The notes under the pieces: model-generated
What the model was told of the DNA's origin: nothing
The model's database searches: none
What the model saw: only the letters and a program-made list of their open reading frames with translations
Program-made: the position numbers and the translations under genes
Assembly: GCA_964016885.1 (NCBI GenBank)
Contig: OZ024740.1
Location: 330,212,001 to 330,276,000 of the forward strand
Direction: 5' to 3'
From: Eledone cirrhosa
Lineage: Eukaryota
Length of the DNA: 64,000 nucleotides
In this document: positions 53,668 through 64,000 of the stretch, piece after piece
How the letters are laid out: every line of letters starts with the position of its first letter
Position numbering within the stretch: position 1 is the stretch's first letter

Positions 53668-56600
53668 TATAATATTATAGGCTGGCGAATTAGCAGATTG
53701 GTTAAGACGTAATAGAGTGCATTGCGGTATTCGTCTCACTTCATTTCGCGCTCTAAGTTCAAATCCCGCCGTGGTCAATTCTGCCTTTCATCTTTTTGGT
53801 GTCGATAACAAGTACCAGTCCAGTATTAGGGTCGATTCTGCCTCTTTAGAAAAGATCGTGTCTACTCAGACCCAGAGATGATTGGACTCCGTCAGGTTTA
53901 GAAGTGCCCTGGACACAGCATGTTTGGGTGCCACTTATACTCCACAAGGAGATATGGAATCTTTATCTATTTGATCCTATACTGTATATATATATATATA
54001 TGAAATATGATATGGGTTAATGTATTTTATGCTCCTACAATTTATATCAGCCCACTCCCTTTTATTCACGATACTAATCATATATAATATTCTATACATC
54101 CATCAAATAACATATGCTAGTTTTATCATTCCTTACGTATATGCACATATATTAATCTACAAATATTCGGCTTATAACTCAGTAAAATATACAAATTGCT
54201 AATAATTTGTGGGGCATAAACATTCTTCGGAGATATCATAGGTGACAATAAGATTATATATTATCTATAATTATCTCAAATGTTGAGAGGAAACCAATCG
54301 ACATATTAAACGCAACAAACATTAAATTTGACAGATTACGAGCGACAAACGTATGTTTTATTATACTATTTCGGTTCAGCGGAGTTATACGATAAACCAA
54401 GTCGTCAGATACAGCTACATAACATTTGCAATCTCCAGAGAGTAGGAAAATATAGACACACATAGAAAAGGAATCATCACACAATCACACACTTTCTCGC
54501 CTTGAATATTTATTTAAAGTGTTGACGGAAACCCGCACACATATTTTTGGAATGTAGCAGCACGTGACAAACCTGGTCCGCCGGTCCCCAAATCGTAGTT
54601 TGTTGCCACGCTCCGCCTCGTATCACATACCACACGTAGCTCTATCCGTACAATTTTCATGTTCCGCATTTAAAAAAGAAACAGTAACGGCACATTCTCT
54701 TACCTATAACGGCAGTTACGATGAAATTCCCCTTCAAGTTTCACTACTGACATCACACACACACACACACACACACACATGCACTCGTATATTTTACTTT
54801 TCCTATTACTACTTCTCATCTAAATGTTATTGTGTTTACACTGATATCCTAAGAGCCCACCACCTCATATTGTTCACGATTGACCTTGTAGTGTGACTTT
54901 CGGACAGGTAAATTCAAGCAATCTACACGAATTCTATCATACAGTTGGAACCGTCTGACCAAGGCTTTGTGTTTTTGTTCTGTCTGGCCGTATTAGCTAC
55001 TCTTCTCATGTCGTTACTAATTCCCGTTAGCATAAAAGGACAAAACGATTTATGACAGTTGTGTTGATATGGGAGGTGACATAAATGACCAACTATCTGA
55101 AACATCCCATTTGCAAGCTATCCCGCTCAGGACCATCAACTGGTCGTCCTGGATATTTGTCTCTGCCTCGAGATCTCAGCTTTTCAGAAAAAACATACGT
55201 CACAGTCCAAACCTCCTAAGAAGATAGAAAGAGAAATAAAAGAAATATTAAAACAGGGAGTAAGAAAAGGAAAGAGCAGGAAACTATTTCGTTCCAACAG
55301 CACGTGTGCCTCAATTATACCTGCAAGATCTTAAAATAAAAAATCACATTTGTTCTGAAGCTTAAGAACATGTTTCAAATATTGCCAGTTGTGGAAGATA
55401 ACGCCCAGCCTGACACTAATGAAGTTAACACAAAATGTTAGTCTTTTTGACTGTTCTCTTTCTCGGATTTAAAATCTTGTTGAGATCAAGTTTTGCCTTT
55501 CAGTTTTGTGATGTCGATAACTACCTTATCAGCTTTAATCTTTCTGTCTGTCTATCTGTGTGTCTTTATATCTATTTCTCCTTCTGTAAATTGTTACATT
55601 GTTTTATGTTGATTTGATCAGGGGATTTGTTTTTGCACAGTTGTTAAAGAAATACGCAGCCGCTTATTATTTATAGTCACACGATGGAAACCAATTAGTC
55701 AAGTAACAAAATGGAAAGCCCCAACGAGTCAGTTGGGAATTCCCAACAGAATTGCTATCAAGTAGATTCAGCATATATAATATTGATTATATCATATATA
55801 TGGATTCGGGATGATTCGATTCAGTGATAGTAATCTTACATGTATATTACTTGGTCTATCCATAGTCCTACTCTCCAAAATAACATACTTCATACACATG
55901 TTATCGAATTCAGAAGGATGAAAGAAAAACCTGCTGTCAGCAGAATAGAACCGCTGAATGTAAATTGCTTGAATTACTTATCGCAAAGCATTTTTGCACC
56001 GACTTTTTTCCTTCCTGTTCCTCAACCCCTTCCTCAGATTGTAATTCTCAGATGTATTAGTTATGCATTTTGTTTATTTGAAGCTTTTTCTGCATTCTCC
56101 CTTTCCAAAATAAAACGAAATAATAATTCTCTATGAAATTATTTGTACTCCTACACAAATATACAGTGACTGATTGCATATTTTCGTATAATACAAATTT
56201 TAAATGCTATTTGTGCTTTCATATCCGATCCGAAAGCTTGTAATGAGAGGGTCCTCTACAAATGTGACACGAATGTCAAAGCGTTGTGTTAATCTAGGTT
56301 CCGAATAATGCCTACTACAAAGGAACGCGTTTGGAAATTATTTCACATATCCAAGTTGTAAACAGTGTTTAATTATTTCATCGAATCCCACAGAGTTCCA
56401 TTTAGTTTATATTCTTTTGATGTCGATAAATGACGAGCAAAATGGTAGGACAGCAATCTTTTATCTCAGTGACAAAACCGGAAGTAAATCAGGTAAACTC
56501 AGTATGTACATGTGTCTGATCACGTCTGTATGTATACATGAAACTATTATGGGAATGCAGGGAATATATGGTCAAGTGACACTCGGTTGCAAATTTGTAG

Positions 56601-58599
56601 TTATTTAGTAAGAAAGCGTAATAAAAGATAACTTATCGATGGAATATTCAGGCTACATCTAGGTTGAAATCGAATTACTGCATATAATTTGCTTTTCAAA
56701 TGTATCACACTTATATTACGATCGATAAAAATTAATTCGTCAGTAAAACGAAATCTTGGAACTATAAGAAATAAATTATATTAAAACTTTTAAACTTGCC
56801 TTCAAGTATTAAATGTATTTCTATGCAATTTTCATAATTAAATAACATGCATTTCTGATGTAGTCATCTATGTTAGTCATCTTTGATCTAATTTACACGT
56901 GTAAGGAAAATGAGGTTGCGTGATAATCAAAATATTTCACAGAATATGTAATTCTTTAAATATATTAATGTGATCATACCATTGCTTTCTTAAGCGTAAC
57001 ATTATATCACATAACTTTCTTTGCTGCACTAACTTTGCTAAAACGTTAGGTGTATCATGCTGCTATTTGTGTTTAATAGGGTCGAAAATAAAAGGGACGC
57101 TTAAGAAGATTTATAGTACACTCTGAAAGAGTAGGGAAAGGAAGTTGAATATAACCTGTCATCTAAGTACATTCGCCAACGTATGTCATCTCTAGCATGG
57201 AAATGAAATCTATCAGCTAAGACAAATGATACTGAAACTGTCACTATCTGCCGATTTACAGTATGATTTGACTTAAAATCGCCATTTATATTCGTCTCAA
57301 AGTGCAGGAAATTCTCTTACGTCAATCACACTGACATGCACTAGAATTATATGGATGCAAAGATAATGTATGCTGTTCTAAGCATATACATCGTTTGACC
57401 ATGCAACATTCTACCTTAAATAATATTAAACGGTATCTCTATTACCTAAACATAGATTTGTTAATAAATACAGCACATAAAGGAAATTGTAAAGGTAGCC
57501 GCCTCATTGTGGGGATCTACTGCGTCCATGTATGCCAATATGATGCTATACGAAAGCTATAAATAAAATGCATAGAATCTCAGAGCTTTATTTTATTGAA
57601 TAGATATTTACAGCGTTAGTCTAAAAGGATATTCAGCAATAGCAAACCAAATGTAATAAACGATCATATTTAATCAATCGTATAATGCCATCCATTCTCA
57701 ACTGTAAATTCTAATGATAGACGATTCAAAGGTAGACGATTCAAAGGTAAATTCAAAGGTAGACGATTCTCATAGTTCACTCATCGTAGTGTTAAGTTTA
57801 GAATACAATGTGGAAAAAGTAAATCATGTATGTAACTGTGGCTTTCAAATTTTGGCCAGCGTTCCTTACGACTATATAGTTAATGTTAATTTATCTTTTG
57901 GGAAAGGTACCTCCGATATATGTGCGATACATATCTCTTATTATTCATATGCTTAAGCGAGAACCATGTATTTTACAAATATTATGTATGAAATTACGTC
58001 TGCCACCATAGTTTTGGATGAAAGATAAGCAGCACTAAGATATATAGTGTTTCGATGACTTATGCATTATAGTAATAACAATAATGGGGAAACACATAAT
58101 GTGTTCCCCATTCGACTGAGAGAATGCAATAGGTATATTATTTTACTTTTGAAGGTTATGTATTTTATGAGACTTAAACCAACTAAACATTTACGAATAT
58201 GACGACAGTGTACCATGGAGAAGACAGTTATAGACAGTGACTGACATATTACATTATCAATACTGCTAATTTCATAAATTAATTTGGGTTATAGCTAATT
58301 AACCTCCACTTATTTTGATTAGGTGCAGTTTTTCACATCTATTTGTAGCAATATTTATCGCTATCAGGTTAATTTGAAATTGGCCTTATACCTCAGCCAG
58401 GGTCTTCCTCTAGATTTCCTTCCACGGTGGGAGTGTATAAACATGACTATATTTAAAATTCTATTCTTTTTTATTCTGACATTATGAATATAAAGTAAGG
58501 TTCAAAAAGGACCCAATGAGATTTGGTTTTTGAAGAATGGAATCAATTTCATAATTACCGGTGAGCGCGTTGAATAGCAGGACAGGTTCAAAATCACCT

Positions 58600-59900
58600 T
58601 CCAGCAGGTAAGATTAAGAGGTTTAGCAGAGAAAAGAATCAAGAACGACGCATGCATTCTCGGCTCCCCCATTCTCCCTAAAGCCATAAGAGAATGGTTC
58701 GAGATCAAGAACGCGGGTATGTCCTGATTAGCAGAAAAGCTGTACCTCATTGACGTTCATCCCGCGCTCTTCTTCTTGAGGAACTGCTTCACCCTCCCCA
58801 AACTAACATTCACGCTGCGCGGTGCACCTTGCCACCCCACGCAGATGCTCTCGGGGAATTTGACGCCACCATTTGACGCTGTGTTGACCTCATCTGCATT
58901 GTCAGTTTCGACAGCGCTGGCTGGAAAAGACGACACTCCCAACAAGGATTGGTGGTCTCGGTAGCTTCGGACTTAGATTTAGGTGCCTACCTCTCTTCTA
59001 TCTCCTCCTGTCGCGCTTTCGTCAGCAAAGTTCTCAGCCAGACAGCCGAAACTGACCTGGCTGTTGAGATGGAACAGGCTCTGGCCTACTGGACAGGCGA
59101 AGGCCTTTCTAACACCAAAATATACCATGGTCCAACCTAACTGGGACGACAAAAGTTGCAAGTCTTCAGTCAGGCGGATCGAGTCTGGCTTGGACCAACA
59201 CCGCCTAGCCTGCCTCCACTCCACTTCTCAGCCCAACAGTGGCATATTGTTCAATTCGGTGCTCTCCCCATCAATCGGTGCCCTTCTAGAAGATGAGTGC
59301 ACTCACATCGGAGTAGCCCAACCCCTCCACCTGTTTCAGCCACATAAATTCAGCTGCGAGGCGGTTGTTGACAAGTCCGGCCTGCACACCCTCTCTTGCA
59401 GCCAGAGCGCAGGCCGTTTCCCCTAACACACCGCTCTCAACGACATATTGAGAAGAAGCCTGGTCGCAGCTGGATTTTCATCTCAAATGTAGCCAGGAGC
59501 CCTAGACCACGGAGATGGAAAGTGACCCGACTGGATCATCCTCTTCCCATTCGATGGAGGTAGATCACTCATCTGGAACGCCACCTGCTGCAACATGTTC
59601 TCCGCCTCCATCTTAGTCGCTTCGGCCTCAAACCACGGCATTGCAGAAGATCATAAAATAAACAAATACTGGGGTTTGTTCGGCCGCTTCCGCTCCGCAT
59701 TGATCACCGTCGAGACCTCGGGCGTACTTGGACCCGTACTGCCGAGCTCCTCTGAAAGATCGGCAGCCCCTCCGAGGAGAGAGCCCCACGAGATTGGGGG
59801 GCTGTCGCAGCGGGTGTCACTGGCCATCGCCGGGGGAATACTTTTGCTGTCTTGTCAGCGCGGCGTAGCACTTCTGCTCTCTTGCAATAGGCCCAAAGTC
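58600..59900 (+). pseudogene. Degenerate 3' part of a CRE-like non-LTR retrotransposon (RT thumb, Zn knuckle, restriction-like endonuclease)
   Basis: LRNCFTLPKLTFTLR, GAYLSS, DKSGLHTLSCSQSAGRFP*HTALNDILRRSL, DGK*PD, GRSLIWNATC, VETSGVLGP. Confidence 0.8.
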
Positions 59901-61579
59901 GATCCCCCTTCACCCCTCCCCTTCCTTCTGCGACACCAGAACTCTTGCTATCCTCACCCCTTCCCGATCTTTTCCTTCTTGATATGTCTCCTCGTCTTTT
60001 TCTATATTTTGTTCTATATATCCCTATTCTTTGCTTTCTTTTGTTTCCCCTTTTCTTTTCTTATTTCTATATTGAAAATAATCATGTATGTACAGAAAAT
60101 GAAGTATTTTCCAAGTGGGGAGACACTATCTTGAATCATTCATATAAATTTGGAGTGCAGTTAATGCCTGCTTCCTGGTATTGAGCAAAGCTCATTCAAT
60201 CTCCTTGTGGGAAAGTACACCAGTTTCTTTCAATCTATATATGAACAGGTATTGAATTTGGAGACGTTATCATTGATCTGGATCTTTGTCGAATATGCAT
60301 CTTTAGTATAACTGTTCAAGACTTCCGTGGTTATCAACAAATAATTGCTGATGCTTCCGCACTGGGTAGTCTATTGTTGTAAACAATATTTTATAGATGG
60401 TGTTTTTGAAGGATTTCCAAAATGATTTTGCATCAGCTATTTAACTGAATCAAAGTACCAATAAAGATACTCATTCTCGTTATTGTTTCATTTCAATGGA
60501 AAAAGATTAACACGAAATCAATGACTTGGTTATGTTCCTCTTTCGTGCAATGTCGAAGGAAGCTTTTTTTGGCAAACAAGCGTGTTCAGAAAGATAACCC
60601 GTTCTGTGGTAGGATCAGTCGGTACTAACTCCTTCCTTACACGCTATTTTATGATTATATATCAATCATATCTTTGTTCCCGAATGCATCAAAGTTCTTT
60701 CGTGGTTTTGTTTGGTGGTAGAATGTGCTGGTAATTGCACAGTGACACAAGGGCTGAAACTATCAGGCCATTTTGGATGTACGACACGAACGGGAACATT
60801 GGAACATTAAATTCCCCAATTGAAACATGCTTGGCCGTATGTTGAATTTTTAATATATACTGTATTTATTTGTCCAGAAGTAACATTTTCTTCTTTCTTT
60901 AGAGCAAATATTGTTTGAGTTTAAAAAGTGACTAATGTGGCAGCGACATAGTTTCCTAAGGCACGAGAAAGATGCATATTTCAGTCACTGACTTCAACAA
61001 GTGGAGAAAGCAAAGATTTCGCTAGCGAAAATTTTGTGGCGAAGCCCAAACCTGGTAGACTTTTCCCTTTCTACGGCTCTAAAAGAGCATGAATCATCCA
61101 TTAACATCTTCCAAGGAATTTCAGTGAGAAAATATATCAGTATTATATTTATCGAGTTTATAAGATATTATTTCCATATTTTATTTGTTCAGGGGTGGAA
61201 TTGCATCATTAGACATTAAAAGAAACATCCTTTAATGTGTGTTACATATTTGCTAGGGTAATTAATAATCAGACAACAGCAGTGAGGTACCAAATCAGAA
61301 ATATTAGCACAATTGCCCAAGCTTTTGTTTAGAAAAAAGGTCATCGCACAATTTCTCACAGTATGGATGTCCAGTATCATTTTTTCCCTCTCTCTACTGC
61401 CTAGAACACCTGCTAGTTGACACGTTTAGCGTTTCGTGAAAAGGTGAAGGATGATGGGATTCTAGAGGTAAAATTATAGCTCTTAGACTACAAACACGCT
61501 TTGGAAATGCTGATAGCACAAAGCTGCAGAAAGACTTTGCTTAGAGTATAAAGCACCCTAGTAGATGTGCATACACACA

Positions 61580-61632
<53 letters not shown>

Positions 61633-61636
<4 letters not shown>

Positions 61637-62685
61637 CCAAAATTAATTAGATTAAATTAAATTAAAGGAGTTATGTCCGAGACATGCGCTATATCCACCG
61701 TAGAATAAGCTCAAAGATTCCAATGAATAGATTCGAGCATTTTATATCAACTAGAAATTGATTGACATATATATATATATTTAAAATAAACACATGAAAC
61801 AATCACAGGGGATAATTTGTAAAGTGTGTAATCACACATAGCTAGGTAGGTAACTAATTAAATTTTAACTAGAACTTCAAATACTACCTTTTAAAAAATG
61901 ATTAATCCTCCTCGTATATATTTCATTAAAGAAATTTATTTCACCATTAATCCGTAAAGTCACAGTCGACAAAACCCGGATCTTCAGCATGGGGGGGGGG
62001 GGGGGGGAAAGATTTAACATCAAATGCAAATCTGCGAGTGACCCATCACATGTATGTGTTGCAATTCTAAAACTACTAACAACATGTTTCATGTGCTTAT
62101 TTTAAATATATATATATGTCAATCAATTTCTAGTTGATATAAAATGCTCGGATCTATTCATTGGAATCTTTTAGCTTATTCTACTGTGAATATGGCGCAT
62201 GTCTCGGACATGATTCCCTTAATTTAATTTAATTTAATTATTTTTGGATATATACAAGGCTCCTTAATTGTTGAGCTAAATCAGTTGAAAGGACTCGGCA
62301 GCTATTTATAGCTGTCGATCACCTTATTCACGGCACTGGGATGACGCTAGCATGTTGTTAGTAGTTTTAGAATTTCAACACATGCGATGGGTCAGTCGCA
62401 GATGTGCATTTGATGTGTAAACACAGATAGTTAAATCTTGCACCTTGCTGAAGATCCATGTTTTACTACTGTGACTTTACGGATTAATGCTGAAATATAT
62501 TTCTTTAATGAAATATATACAAGGAGGATTAATCATTTTTTAAAAGGTAATATTTGAAGCTCTAGTTAAACTTTAATTAGTTACCTACCTAGCTATGTGT
62601 GATTACACACATTACAAATTATCCCCTGTGATGTTTCATGTATTTATTTTAAATATATATATATGTCAATCAATTTCTAGTTGAT
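61633..62685. mobile_element. Family-H element: inverted copy plus partial tandem in (TA)n, with an HHR-like motif
   Basis: 61633-61800 is the reverse complement of 62085-62250, and 61745-62085 is the reverse complement of 62350-62685. HHR-like ccttg|ctgaaga|...|gaaa|tata|ta|caagg at 62443-62524. Confidence 0.78.
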
Positions 62686-64000
62686 ATATATATGTCGAAA
62701 CGGATTGAACTCTGCGGTCGCGGTCATACTTGTTCCTATTACCCACTCTACTACCCTAAGTATTGAGTACTTTGGTGCGTTATGGTCCATCTGGTTCCTT
62801 ACCACATTTTCTTCGTTTTATATATATATATATATGGTGGCTGCCAACTTGTTTTCGAGTACGGCCACTACTTTATATCCATGTAGGAGAACCCCTACCG
62901 ATGCGCTGAACGAATGTGACTTTTTAGTCCAGTCAGCGACTTGAATACTCTAGTACAAACACTACACTTGTGACAATTATTGACACAGTACTGAGCCCAC
63001 GGTACCATGTGACGACAAGTGCAGAGAGATCTCCAGATATAAAGCAATGCCTGTGCCGTGAAGCTTTTATAGTGAGCAAAGGCACTGCACAAAGCCAGTC
63101 CCACTCTCTTAACCAAGATGATATTTACCAAAAAGAAGAACAAGTCAACATCATTGGATACCATCAGGGTTGCAGGTGTTATATCAGAGTTTTCCTTCTC
63201 CTAGAATTCTGCCTTGACAAAGGCTCAGGGGTCATCTCTCCCGGTGATTTTGGATGGCCATTGACTCTTAAGAGCTCCTTTGCCCTTTGACAGGTTTTGT
63301 TTTTAGTCCTGCAGTATGTCCAAAGTCACCCTCCTCACCAAGAAGCCTTGGTGGGGTTGCCAGTTCAGTCGCCAACGACCCGACCATGAGACAGGTTGTA
63401 CTGGGATACATATTACCAGTAGCACCAACTGGTGACCTGATATATATATTTATACTCACACAAACAGAAAAATATATCAATCCTCATTGTGAGAGCCATA
63501 CATGCTTTTCACATTAATTGACCTATTCTTGAAACAGAGGTCATGCATAAATATATTTTTAATTTTTTGATTATTTTTATAATAAGAACTTTCATTAATT
63601 GAGTTTTGATGAGAACTTTGCCTACGATTATTTGTTGAACACATGATATATTTGTTTCTTCATATCTTTCAATTAAATATTTGTTTATGTTAAAATCTTA
63701 GTAAATTTATGCTAGGAATGTGATCCATAATCTATTCATATTGTACATTTTCGCCATATTAGATATGAACCTGAAAAGAAGAAGAGGCGTCCATACAATA
63801 TAATGGCATCTTTCCTCGTTTGGCGAATGTAAGGTAAACTAATTCTTTCGGGATTCCATTAGGAAGTAAATCATTATAGACGTAAAGGCCAATTTATGCG
63901 TGATTCTGTTATTGATGAGCAGATTGAATGTCGTTACTGATGATGGTTGAAACAATATATACACAGGTTGTCATGAGACTATGTAGATCATCGGTCTAAC

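Noticed and set aside
54575-54600. Twister-like ccggtcccca string
   Set aside because: The remaining twister helices and pseudoknots could not be found.

Overview
AT-rich, microsatellite-dense eukaryotic (metazoan) DNA. The SINE type and repeat landscape suggest an octopod cephalopod, which is an inference. No host gene can be identified with confidence. The window holds a decayed Penelope-like retroelement (PLE; RT plus C-terminal GIY-YIG, pseudo-LTRs, 343-5422), a full-length decayed Tx1/L1 LINE inserted in (AAT)n, relics of R4/Dong-like, CRE-like and RTE elements, SINEs and a non-autonomous Helitron. The main unexplained structure is a set of at least eight families of short non-coding elements. 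They sit in (TA)n tracts, are arranged as tandem and fold-back copies, and each carries a type I hammerhead-ribozyme (HHR) motif. The youngest is a 310-bp HHR retrozyme array (about 7.7 direct plus 2.8 inverted copies). Several families have non-canonical catalytic cores (UUGAAAA with a U3:A8 pair, C/UUGAUAA, AUGAUGA, GCAA instead of GAAA), some with compensatory stem changes between copies.
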